Assembly: GCA_950097015.1 (NCBI GenBank)
Contig: CATNEN010000039.1
Location: forward strand, 12,462,001-12,526,000
From: Macrostomum hystrix
Lineage: Eukaryota > Animalia > Platyhelminthes
DNA length: 64,000 bases
Reading direction: 5' to 3'
The notes beneath the pieces were generated by a model, which was not told the DNA's origin, did not search any database, and worked only from the letters and a program-made list of their open reading frames with translations. The first letter of the stretch is position 1, and each line of letters begins with the position of its first letter. Positions 37,519-48,547 of this stretch are shown here, one piece after another. The position numbers were made by a program, and so were the translations under genes.

Positions 37519-40263
37519 ATGGCCGCCGGGAACTCAGTCGATGAGGCGGACATGTGCAGGTTCTGCGGAGACGAGCCGGTAGCCCGCATCTGCTCGGCTT
37601 TGGCCTGCGCCCGCAAGCACCTCTGCGTCAACTGCGACAACATCTGGCACGGCCATCCGGACCGAAAAAATCACCGCCGGGATCCAGTTGATCCGCCGAT
37701 TAAAAATGGTCACAATGAGCCGAACCGCCCGGCCTCAGGTTCTGTCTGGTCCTGTCCGCACTGCACATTTGAAAATGTCTCCCAGGTGCTTTGGCAGCCG
37801 GAAGATAGGCTAATGTGCGACATGTGCTGCAAAACCATCGTCGGCCGGGAAGTATTGAAACCGGCGCCAGCTGGAATCAACGGAAATAGTTCTAAATCGC
37901 ATGTAAGCGAATCGGCCAATGATTTCATTGGAATTCCTTGTCCCATCTGCACTTTTCTGAACACATTAAAACATGCTAGGAGATGCGAAGTATGCGATGC
38001 CGAATTATCTGCAACGCCAAAGAAAAAGAAGCATGATCAGGCAAGTGAGACGGCTGTGTCTGGCACAAAGCGGCAGGTTCAGACCGAAAATTTTGAAGTC
38101 GGACAGCGCCACGTGAGACCGAAGGAAATTGATCGACAGCTTGCTGAACACTTGGGTCACAGAGAGCAGCAAATGATCGATGACCAGAAACATGAATACC
38201 AAAGCCTGCCATCTCATGCGTCTGAAGTGCGCGCTCGAGTGGAAGAGAAGCGGCCTAGAAGGGAATCGAACTCTGGCCTATCAGGCGATTCTCCAAGCGG
38301 GACGAATCGACGAGGCAGGGATCCGGAAGGAAAACATTCAAGAGTCGGGCCGGATTCATCAGAAGCAGTGAGTCTACCCTTGCAGCAGAAGCATGATCCC
38401 GAACAGTTGTATCTGCAGCAGTTGTCAGAGAAAGAGATGCAGGCACAGAGAGCTGAGTTGCTGGCCGTTGAGGAGGTTCTGAGGCGGCAAGAAGCCCAGG
38501 CTCAGCTGCGGCAGGCGGAGCAGCAGAGGCAGGAGCTTCAGGCGCGGCTGGTGGAGCAGGAGAGGCGAAGGTTTGAGATCGAAAAGCTTTTGCAGCGAGA
38601 GGCCAGAGAGAAGCAGCTGCTGCAGTCCATTGTGAAAGAGCAGGAGCGAGCGGAGAATGAGCAAAGGAGACGCGAGCAGCAGGCGAGAATTGAGGAAGAG
38701 AAACTTAAGAGAGCGGAAGAAGACAGACTGCAGAAGGAGAAAGAAGAAGCTGAGCAGAGTAGGCTGGAGAGAGAAGCGGCTGAGCAGAGGCGGCTGGTGA
38801 GAGAAGAGGCTAAGCAAAGGAGACGAGAGAAAGAAGAGGCTGAGCAAAGGAGGCGAGAGAAAGAAGAGGCTGAGCAAAGGAGGCGAGAGAAAGAAGAGGC
38901 TGAGCAGAGGAGGCTAGAGAAAGAAGACGCTGAGCAAAGGAGGCGAGAGAAAGAAGAGGCTGAGCAAAGGAGGCGAGAGAAAGAAGAGTCTAAGCAAAGG
39001 AGGCGAGAGAAAGAAGAGTCTAAGCAAAGGAGGCTAGAGAAAGAAGAGGCTGAGCAGAGGAGGCAGCAGAAAGAAGAGGCTGAGCGAAGGAGGCAGCAGA
39101 AAGAAGAGGCTGAGCAAAAGAGGCAGCAGAAAGAAGAGGCTGAGCGAAGGAGGCAGCAGAAAGAAGAGGCTGAGCAAAAGAGGCAGCAGAAAGAAGAGGC
39201 TGAGCGAAGGAGGCAGCAGAAAGAAGAGGCTGAGCAAAAGAGGCAGCAGAAAGAAGAGGCTGAGCGAAGGAGGCAGCAGAAAGAAGAGGCTGAGCAAAAG
39301 AGGCAGCAGAAAGAAGAGGCTGAGCGAAGGAGGCGGAAGGAAAAGGAGGTTGAGTTAAGGAGACGGAATGACTTTGCGCCTGAGTGGATGCTACTAGGGA
39401 AAGATGCGCCTGATCTTTGGGAGCTGACGAAAATTGAAACTGAGCGGTTGAGAGGAAAGAGAGAAAATGCTGATCGGATAAAGAGAGAAATAGATGGAGA
39501 CCGATGGAGAGACAATGAAGGATATGAAAGGCAGGCAATAGGGGGCGAACGCAGTTGGCAGATGTCAGCAGTATTATCTGCAGTGTCGGGAGCCAACAGC
39601 TATTCTGCTCGGGGTGGAACAGAGATCTCTACCCGACCGCAACGGACACTCAATTCTGTAACTGATGAAATGGCTATGAACGGAGTGCACGGTCCCGAAA
39701 GAAATTTCCCAGCAACGGACTCACAGCGCAACTACCGAGAGAATGAGCATTTCCACCTTGCATCTAATGCACCAGATGATATAAATGAGACTTACACTTC
39801 GGATGAGTCGGATGGATTTGAAGAACATTTTGATCTTGAGTCTGCGAAGCCAGCTCGAATTCAAGGCAGATCTACTCGGTCTGCTAAATCGAGTTGCTCA
39901 AAATTTCAGTGTGCTCACTGCGGCAAAACTAGAGTAATCAATGGTCGTATTGAAGCTGTTGGATTCGAGTGTTTTGGCTGCAACAAATACACGTGCAAGA
40001 TGTGCGATAGAGCTTGGGAAAATGATCATTGTGGACGATCTTGTTCAGAATTCGATAGCCTGCCAGGCAGGGCCGCTTCCTCGAAAACTTCTCCACCACA
40101 GCGTGTTGGTAGCGCTGCGCCTCGACATGCGAGTAAACAGCAGGCATTGATTCAGTGCACCAGGTGCCGACTAACAGTCGACACAAAGATGGTCAGATCA
40201 GATCAAGCCAATGCTACCTGTCGCAACTGTGGAGCTGTTCTGCATCTGCCAAGACCATACTAA
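37519..40263 (+). CDS. HOIP paralog 3 (914 aa): B-box, two NZFs, coiled coil plus ER/K single-alpha-helix repeat, IBR-like finger, terminal CxxC..CxxC
   Basis: CRFCGDEP...LCVNCDNIWHGHPDRKNH; WSCPHCTFEN..CDMC; CPICTFLN..RCEVCD; ~20 decapeptide repeats EKEEAEQRRR; CAHCG...CFGCNKYTCKMCDRAWENDHCGRSCSEF; CTRC...CRNC. Uninterrupted ORF. Confidence 0.85.
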   Translation: MAAGNSVDEADMCRFCGDEPVARICSALACARKHLCVNCDNIWHGHPDRKNHRRDPVDPPIKNGHNEPNRPASGSVWSCPHCTFENVSQVLWQPEDRLMCDMCCKTIVGREVLKPAPAGINGNSSKSHVSESANDFIGIPCPICTFLNTLKHARRCEVCDAELSATPKKKKHDQASETAVSGTKRQVQTENFEVGQRHVRPKEIDRQLAEHLGHREQQMIDDQKHEYQSLPSHASEVRARVEEKRPRRESNSGLSGDSPSGTNRRGRDPEGKHSRVGPDSSEAVSLPLQQKHDPEQLYLQQLSEKEMQAQRAELLAVEEVLRRQEAQAQLRQAEQQRQELQARLVEQERRRFEIEKLLQREAREKQLLQSIVKEQERAENEQRRREQQARIEEEKLKRAEEDRLQKEKEEAEQSRLEREAAEQRRLVREEAKQRRREKEEAEQRRREKEEAEQRRREKEEAEQRRLEKEDAEQRRREKEEAEQRRREKEESKQRRREKEESKQRRLEKEEAEQRRQQKEEAERRRQQKEEAEQKRQQKEEAERRRQQKEEAEQKRQQKEEAERRRQQKEEAEQKRQQKEEAERRRQQKEEAEQKRQQKEEAERRRRKEKEVELRRRNDFAPEWMLLGKDAPDLWELTKIETERLRGKRENADRIKREIDGDRWRDNEGYERQAIGGERSWQMSAVLSAVSGANSYSARGGTEISTRPQRTLNSVTDEMAMNGVHGPERNFPATDSQRNYRENEHFHLASNAPDDINETYTSDESDGFEEHFDLESAKPARIQGRSTRSAKSSCSKFQCAHCGKTRVINGRIEAVGFECFGCNKYTCKMCDRAWENDHCGRSCSEFDSLPGRAASSKTSPPQRVGSAAPRHASKQQALIQCTRCRLTVDTKMVRSDQANATCRNCGAVLHLPRPY

Positions 40264-40892
40264 TATTCCTAAATAAACTCTTAAATACGACTGACCGTCC
40301 CGTTTTATTTTGCCTTTTTTAAAGTGTCCTTAAGTGATGAATAGTACGAGCGTACTTCTAAGCAATTTTTATCCTTGAGTAACTGCTTTGTTCTCATATT
40401 CTGCTTGGCCCAGACAATGTGTTTGCTTAAATTAGAATATACCAGATAATACCAGAAATAATACCAGAAAATTATTTCTTTATCGATACGTTGGATATCA
40501 TCGTACATGGGCGGGGATAGGGTTAAGAAGTATTTATGACGATTGCTTGGCGTAGCTATCGGCATATCGATTTAGAATTAAATACTTGATATACAGACTC
40601 GTACTTAACTTAACATTTAGTTAACTTGTACTTAACTAACAAGTGAAACTTTTTGAGCTCTTTCGCACTTCTAGACTTTTAACGTGTATGTGTTGCTCGC
40701 CCTAAAGATGAAGGTACGAGTATAATAGTAATGCTACTATTGTCAGTTTTCGATCATTATTTGTTTTTGTTTTGAATCAGAGGAAATATCTAAATGGTAA
40801 TTTTTTTGACATTTAAAAAAATACCTTTTTGTAGTTTTTTGTTTTTTTCTAGAAATATATTATAAAAAGCTAATGTTAGGCAAGACATGAAG

Positions 40893-41255
40893 GGGTTTCG
40901 GTGGCAGAGGGGTTATCGCGTTTGCCTCTCGCACCAAGGTCCCTAAGTTCGATTCCACGGCGAGGCCACTTTCACTTGGGGCGCAGCCGCGGAGAGAAGG
41001 CTTTGTGGGCATGTCGTGCAATTTACGCCTTTCAGGGCCAACCTCCAAGGCACAGTGAAGTGTACACTGCCTGATGATGAGAAAGTCAGGGCAGATGTTC
41101 ACACCTGTGTGAGCGTGTGCCTGCGTTCAGTATCTGTGTGCGTGTGTGCTCAGGATTCAGCGAAATGGGTAGAATTGCCTCCTCGCTGGCTGCGGGTCTG
41201 GTGTCACCAAATGATGTGACATTGCCCACAACCCTCCTGCAATTATTATTGTTAT
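40893..41255 (+). mobile_element. SINE family A, most complete copy
   Basis: A box TGGCAGAGGGG, B box GTTCGATTCC, ~350-bp body, ATT tail. Confidence 0.88.
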
Positions 41256-41659
41256 TAATAGGCTAGCCATGCAACTAACTGAGTTATTAAGCGCTTCTTG
41301 AATGTTTTACTATTTTTCTGCTGACCATAAAGGTGAAAGTGTCATTCTTTTGTTTCTTTATTTGTTTCCCTAATCATTATCTGCAACATTAGGTTTATGA
41401 TACTGATATACCAGGCTAAACAACAGAACTGAAAATCCCTATAACTCAGAATGAACAGTTCGTTCATAATCAGTGATGCATAAAGTGAAATCCGATTTAT
41501 TTGGCTTATATTTGGTTACAATTTTCTAGTTTTCTAGTTTCTAGAGTAATTTCGAGTTTGAGAATTCGTATCTACTTTTATACACTTAGCATTGAATTTA
41601 ACATTCCGCTTGTTTATCTTAGTAACATTAATTTAGACCTTCCGTAAAATTTTTTTTAA

Positions 41660-42540
41660 CTTAGCCATGTTTAGATTCTGCCAGCCTTTTTTGCTGCTTT
41701 GCTGTTCCATATGCCTGGATACTGAATGCACATTCCAGTGTTTATCCAGCTGCGCCTTCATTCGCCTGTAATAAAATTATTTCTTCAGTCCAATCGTATC
41801 ATTTGATTGTATCGCTGACTGGTTCAGAGTCCGAAGTTGCTAAATAAAAAGTATATATGTAAGCACTATTTTTTAATAATCTTTAATAACTTACTGTGTT
41901 ATTATTTTTATGTCTTATTTGTTAGCTTCATCGCCAGTTTATGTTACTTCTAGAGGTTTTTTAGGATTAAAATGCTCTTTTTTTCTCACAGTTTTGTACA
42001 TGTTAAGCAGTTTGACAAATATTCTAGGAAAACTATTTATCTATTAATTTTAAATTATTTACTATGATTACCATTTATTCTTCCAACAGAATTCAAGTCG
42101 AGTAATTAGTAAAAAATCGCAGACTAACACAAATGTCTGCTCCGTGTCACTGAAGACCATGCTATCAGCAATCAAACTTCAGCGACTGGGTGACAATTCG
42201 CTTCATTTGCGATAGTTGCTACAGGTGCTCCAAATCGGCCTCTTTAATATTTATCTGCCAGTGTCATCGTAAATTTAGTTTGTCCAAACTGCGGCGTCAG
42301 TGTTGCCAATGACCGACTGCTAATGTACACGCTGAAATGTTCCGGCGTTCTATTTAAAAAATTGCTTAATGAAAAAGCGACGGTCAATTAACTAAAAGGT
42401 GCTAAGCTGTGTACTTCATTCCGACTAGCTGGCAATGGCACTGTGTCTTGTAATGATCAACTTTTCAGATGGACTTTATAGAGAGTACCTTGCCGACTTG
42501 ATTCAATACTGTGGCTTAAGTGTCAGCGCATTGTCTTACC
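41660..42540 (+). pseudogene. Heavily decayed HOIP paralog (RING1/RING2/LDD remnants)
   Basis: Fragments PCLD.., PSFAC.., ICQCHRKF, LLMYTLKCSGVLFKK (cf. VLTFALKESNIPFEK), RC*AVYF (cf. LCKAIDF), YREYLADLIQ (cf. HYKEYLVDLIN). It contains stops and frameshifts. Confidence 0.6.
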
Positions 42541-42628
42541 TGTGGGTGACTATTACCAGAATAAAAAAAGGACTCTATGACTAGATTGTTGTTTCATTAT
42601 TTTATTTCGTTGTCAACGTTGGGTGACG

Positions 42629-42740
42629 CCTGGGTAGACAGTTCACAAAGCTGACGTAAATAACAAGATTGTACACCTGGGTAGACAGTTCACAAAGCTG
42701 ACGTAAATAACAAGATTGTACACCTGGGTAGACAGTTCAC
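42629..42740. repeat. ~47-bp direct tandem repeat, ~2.4 copies
   Basis: CCTGGGTAGACAGTTCACAAAGCTGACGTAAATAACAAGATTGTACA repeated. Confidence 0.85.
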
Positions 42741-44019
42741 AACAGTTCACCTGTTACCTATTACCTGTCACCTAAATAGACAGTTACCTATTGTACGTTT
42801 TTTGGTCTCTTTATATGTCTGTTGTCTGTTGTCTATGATTTTAACAGTCTGCTTTCCGACTCCATTTAATCATTTAATGTTCCCCGGGCAATCAGATTTG
42901 TTATAACATAAACGCCATGTTTAATTCATCATTGTCTTTGATCTATGCATTTAAAGAGACCATTAATTGGAGCCTTTGATTTTGGAACCACAGAATGTGA
43001 ATTAAACGGTATTTATCATATATACTTAGTATACTATAATTAGTTTTTGCTATGTACTTTAACTATTTTATTGTTTTTGGCTATTTAGAGCTCAAATCTT
43101 TACAACCATAAGTGCCATCCCTAGGAGCACAATGATGTTCACCCATGTGTGTGCGTGTGCCTGCGTACAGTATCTGTGCGCGAGTGCTCAAAAGTTGGTG
43201 GAATAAGTATGATTCTCTCTCGCAGCGTGCCGATCATATAATTTCTAGTGCTTACTGGAAAACATTTTGTATTAGATGTGTGAATGACTTGCATGTAATA
43301 AACTGGTTCAAATACCTGACTGTCTCAATCCTTAATCTCAATCAATAAATCACTTCCAGGCTCAGTTCTGTGAACAGCGATAGCGTGACACGACCGATGA
43401 GCTCACAGCCAAGCTGTCGCGGCAGCAGAAGAGGGTGCTGGAGTGCGCGTTATCCAAGCTGAGAGCGACTTAAAGAATGAGGAGCGCAATGAGACACATT
43501 TAGTAGGGCTGCTCAGCCTCAACTCCAGAGCCAGCGATCATCGAATGCAGCAGCAGGATCGGGTTGAGCGTCACGAAGATCGAGTGGCTCGCGAATCGCA
43601 GTTGAAGCAGGAACTGTAGACTCGGCTGCTGGAAATGGAAGCCCGAATGATGGAGCTGAATATGCAGTTGGATCAGACGCTGAACCGGGACGCGAACCGA
43701 GTGAGTTGTGACGCATCCTTTAAATACTATGGACAGTAGAGACAGCATTGATATGACCTAGCTAGTGCTAGGCCAGCTAGTGCTGTTATACAGTTCATAC
43801 AGATTTGAATTACATGAAGCACTAAGGAATCAAGTGTATCGCTCAATGACAAAATTGTTGGTCTTGGCTGCGATTCAAACTACAGATATTTTAAGTCTCA
43901 CATTTTTAACATTACATTTAAGAGTTCCAGTGAATATTTATTGCTTTCGTTTAGGTTAACATGGCTCGTTAACAATTCAACTATTTAAATTCGTAAATAA
44001 ATTTTCGCTTCAATTGTAG

Positions 44020-45280
44020 ATCTACACATCAGATGCATGTGGTTTGGCTTCGTCACAATGTTCAGTTGCTGACGGCATCTGTCTAGACTGTCGCTACAAT
44101 CCTGCTGATGTTGTATGCTCTGAACTTTGCTGTGTTGGCAGACACATGTGCTTTAATTGCTATCGACTGTGGCACTTGCATTCTGGCCTGAGGCGACTCT
44201 TGGCCACCCTTGCTGACTCAACTACCGCTGCTTCGGGTTCTTTGTATGAAAAGTACAGTTTTTGCTCTCGCTATCGCCCTATGAGTCTCGCGATGCCCGA
44301 TTCCGAAAGGCGCCTACGGTATCGCACATTATCAATGACTAGTTTGGAATGCGGTTCTCGGAACCCACAGCATGGTGCTGCTATTCGCCATAAATTTCTC
44401 GCATATGACGATGAAATCCTACTCGCGTACCTCAGTAGCAAGTGTCAGAAGTGTGTTAAATCAGTGCTCAGAAGCAACCAGTTGTGTATGCCTCAGTGTT
44501 CATGCCAGTTGTGCATCGATTGCTTTCGGCAGTTTATTGCCGTGTGCATTGTCGCTTGTGAAGGCGCAGAACCCAGTTGTTTCGCCTGTCCAGCCTGTCA
44601 CCTGCCTAAGTCCGATGATATTAAGCAATTCGTGACTCACATTAACTTTCTGAACCTGCAATTGGAGCACTTGTGCCTGGGCTAATCAGGCCGTTATCAG
44701 ACCATTTCGAATCGCTAGTGATAATTGCTGCAGAAAATTAGGCATTCAGGTAAAATATTTCGTTAACATGTTGACGCCCGTTCAGCCTGCGTTTGAGAGG
44801 CTTAATAGCCTTGGTTTTCGATTTCCTAGGTGTAAGACATATTTTTGCTGCTATTGCAAATGTACACTTTGTCCATACTGTCAACATGAGAGCTCTTTAA
44901 ATGGTATAAGACACGATATGCGATGCTACTTCACTTTAAAGTCAATCAGTGTTTCCGTACTGACTTTCGCACTGCATCAGTCAAACATAAATTTTGAACG
45001 TGGCACAAACAGCAAGAGTTGCGCAAGTTCTAGTGAAGCTCAGCAACCGACTTTATTGGCTCAAAGATGTGTTGCGACAGATTTCAAGCCTTGTAGTTAT
45101 TTTGGCGGTGGTGTTCTTCAATGCCAAAGTCTTGTGTACAATGGTACTAGCGTTTGTGCCCGGCACTTCAAGGAGTACCTACTAGATCTAATTAATACAA
45201 ACAAAGTTTCTTTATACAGCAAGAAAACTTCCAGTTTCACGGCGTTTAAAGAATTTAATGCTTTAACTTGTATTTTTTAA
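44020..45280 (+). pseudogene. Frameshifted HOIP paralog, sister of paralog 2 (B-box, RING1, no IBR, dead RING2, LDD)
   Basis: B-box CLDC...MCFNCYRLWHLH; LAYDDEILLAYLSSKCQKC...CSCQLCIDCF...FACPACHLPK is nearly colinear with paralog 2. A frame change near 44670 leads into WANQAV...CCRKL...LTPVQPAFERLN...LKSISVSVLTFAL...CARHFKEYLLDLIN. Confidence 0.8.
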
Positions 45281-46100
45281 CTACGAGCTTCTTCATTGCA
45301 TGTGGTTACATTGTGTTGCATACGATTGTATGTGGCAATATGCTCGTAATAGTGTATAATTTTCTGCAAGATATCTAGCTGTTCGAGTTCTAGGCCTAGA
45401 AAGTACCATTGCTGATGGTGCGTTTTTGCATTGGTGCTTTAGCAAAATCTAAAAAAGTATTTTGCAATTTTTACAAACTTGATTTTATTTCCAATATTTT
45501 TACTGTTAGAAATGATATTTTTACTAAACTTAGTTGTATGATAGCTCAACGCTGTCTTTTAATATGTCTTTCAGAGTCCTTTGTTTAAAAGACAATAAAT
45601 AAGTAAAAAGAGCTGTGTCGCTAATAATCACAATGCTTTGAACAGATTTGATCGGCGTTCACTGATTGGGTCAAATACCCTAGACACCCACCCCCGCGAC
45701 CTTTTGCTGTGTCGTATTTTAGCCTGCACTCTTAGTTACTCAGTTCACACAGTTTACTAAGGTAATAGGACGTTTGGAGAATCAGTTTTTTTACTGTGTT
45801 TTTGGTCTTAGCCTATTGAAATTTAGGGCTTATGGAATTTCGGTGTTGTGATTTATGTGCAGATGAAGACAGCTTATTATAAACAGTTTTTTAGAAAGTA
45901 TTTTCCACCCATAGCATTTTCCGCCGATAACCGCAAGACTGTAGTCTACAGTCTGGACTCTAAACCCTATCTATCTGCTGTATCTATTTTACTAAATACT
46001 TATATTTTCAAGTCGTGTCATCCTAATCGTCTATCATTCTGATTGTAGCTGATGCCCAAATAGCGAATCTTCAATATCCGTGAAGCATCCTAGCAGAGTC

Positions 46101-47623
46101 ATGTCCGAAGACGACTGCTTCGGCGAAAAGAGCAGCGTTTGTTCAAAGAATCTAGCCATTAAGGAGGACGCGACATCATTTGGACCAGCAGTATTGGTCA
46201 GTTTAGCGATGTTTTGCCTACTTACCCCTCACATATCTAGTCCTTAGATCAGGAGTAAGATCAAAAGTTGATAATAGTGAAAAAATTTCAAGGGCTGTGG
46301 GCAATGCAATCATTTGGTGATACTAGACCTGCAGCCAGCGAAGAGGCAATTCTGCCAATTTCGCTGACTCCTGAGCACACAAACACACAAATACCGTACG
46401 CAGGCACACACCCCTGACTTTCTCATCTTCAGGCAGTGTACACTTTCACTGAGCCTTGGAGGTTAGCCCTAACGGGCGTGAATTGCAATTTAATGGGGCC
46501 TCGCCGCGGAATCGAGCTCAGGGACCTTGGTGCGAGAGGCAAACGCTTTAACCGCTCTGCCACCGAATCCAGCTTTTTGTGCATATTTTTTTTATTTACA
46601 CATTTTCAGCTGTCCCTGCTAGAAGTGCGTCAAATTGCATGGACCTGCACCAGCTGCTCGTTCGCAAACGAGCTCCAATTTTATCAACGCGATCTCAAAG
46701 CCAAAGAAGAACCGACAACTGGGGCCGTGCCGACAGGCGACGATTTTCCAGCCTGCCTGGCCCCGCTGGAGTGCCGTCAGTGCGGCAGCCTGGCTGCGCA
46801 CTGGTTCTCGCCGCGGGGAGTGTTTACCACTGGAACGCCGTCGAACCAACTTGACGACAACGGCGCCTTGTGTGCTCATTCTAAACTGGCTTCCCTTCAG
46901 CTGAAAGCTCAGATTCAACGTGAGCACATTGAAAAACTCACTGAGCAGTTGCGCTCTTTGGAAGCTGCTGTTGAACAGGCTGAGGTTGCTTCGCTGAAGC
47001 CTGTCGTTCCCGACACCTGTTATTACATGCCATCGTCCAGTCGACGTTCCAGTTGGCATCAACGACTTGCTAGCTCTTTCGCCAACCTGGCTCGTCCAAG
47101 TCGCCGGCATTCGGCTTCCGGAGCCTGCAATAGTAGCGCGAGAGGTCACATTGATCACTTGGAGATTTGGAGGTCGGGGGTTCGCGCCCAGATGGCCGCG
47201 GAAGCCGAGGCCGCAAGGCAGCGTCGCGCGTCGGAGACGCCCGAACAGCGTCACGAACGAGTTCGTCAGCAGCGCGACAAACTGCTTCGGCGTCGTCTGA
47301 AGGAGGCCGAAGACGAAGTTGAAGAGCGTCGACGACGTGACGCGGAGGCGTCCGCCAACTCGCCGCCGCTGCCCCGCCATCTTCTGCTGCAGTCCAACGC
47401 GGAGGGTCCCTGGAGCTGCCGACAGTTGCAGTCGGCGCTGCCTGCAGCGGATTACGAGACTCGGCGCTCCAGCGCGCTTCGAAGCTGGAACCTCTCCGAA
47501 GCCGCTCTCGGCCTTGAGGCATGGTCCCGCGGCGGCGGCAGAGGCGGCAGCAGCGATGTTTGGTCTGGGGCTTTCGCACCAGTGATCAACATCTGCGGTG
47601 GCCGTTGTGGCTATCGTAAGTGA
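46101..47623 (+). CDS. NZF-like finger plus coiled-coil protein (reduced family member); exons 46101-46196 and 46610-47623
   Basis: Phase-0 GT-AG intron containing a SINE; WTCTSCSFAN...CRQCG; coiled coil LQLKAQIQREHIEKLTEQLRSLEAAVEQ; ER-rich helix. Exon-2 layout is the same as in the genes at 48548 and 56608. Confidence 0.65.
46289..46568 (-). mobile_element. SINE family A (intronic)
   Basis: Reverse complement of the family consensus. Confidence 0.83.
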
Positions 47624-48184
47624 GAAAATTATTAAAGAGGATAAACGATCGATTCTAAGAAAGAAGCAAACTCGTCAATAAAATAATACATAGGATTATT
47701 GATTTTCAAGAAAATTAACAACAATCAGCTATTTTCGCATACTTAAAAATATAAAATTTAAGATAACTTTGTAACTTTTATTTTTTTGCTATTTTCTTCT
47801 CAGTTATGAGCTAATTACTAATTGACGGTTTTTTTCACCTGTACCGTTCACGTACGTTTTTGAATGTTCGTGTTTTTTTTAAACTTCCAACCTGCTGTCA
47901 GTATTTATAGTTTTTTTTTATTTTTTACTCGCACTAAAAAATGAGACGAAAGCGCTTAACATACTACTATTTGTCATTTCGTATTTTACAGCTTTTATCG
48001 TCAATATTTGTATATTTTTGCCCTATTACGAGCTAAATATGATCTACAGATTTTTTCCTATTTTTTCATTTTCAGAATATGTTGCTTATGACATTTTTTT
48101 GAATATTTCCTACTAAATTTAGTCGCCAGATTACTATAATTACAAAAAACATAAACTTAGTTTCATATTGAGCACAGCTGGCAG

Positions 48185-48425
48185 GGTTGTAGCCTAATGG
48201 TTAGAGTGTTGGACTCAAGGCTTGAAGGTCTGAGGTTCGATTCCCGGCTCCACTGGAGAAATTTGCGTCATTTAGCAAGACACACACTGAGCTGTTAAAT
48301 GGGTACCAGCTGGGGTAATTGAAGGTGGGTGTAACGTCTCCCCAGTCCATGGACTGAACGTCGCGCAATAGCTACGGCTGTGCTGTCGGCTGCACGTCTG
48401 GACTTTTTTGGGCAGCTGTAATTAT
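48185..48425 (+). mobile_element. CORE-type SINE family B
   Basis: Matches 18929-19230. Confidence 0.82.
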
Positions 48426-48547
48426 TAATTTTTCATTTTTAATCTAATTAATTCGCGAGTATAATCTTGTGCATAATGGATTCAATGTTTTTATTTCAGC
48501 GCTAACCAATCTGTCAATATTGGTCAGCACAAATTGAGAACATTCTA

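Noticed and set aside
38425-39596. Antisense hydrophobic F/L/S-rich ORFs (also 52658-54253, 57598-58695, 61514-63995)
   Set aside because: They are reverse complements of purine-rich ER/K repeats, with no independent evidence.
41064-41098. Hammerhead ribozyme suggested by CTGATGA...GAAA in SINE family A
   Set aside because: The bases form a simple hairpin (CTGCCTGAC/GTCAGGGCAG). There is no room for stem II between CUGANGA and GAAA, and no stem I/III arrangement was found.
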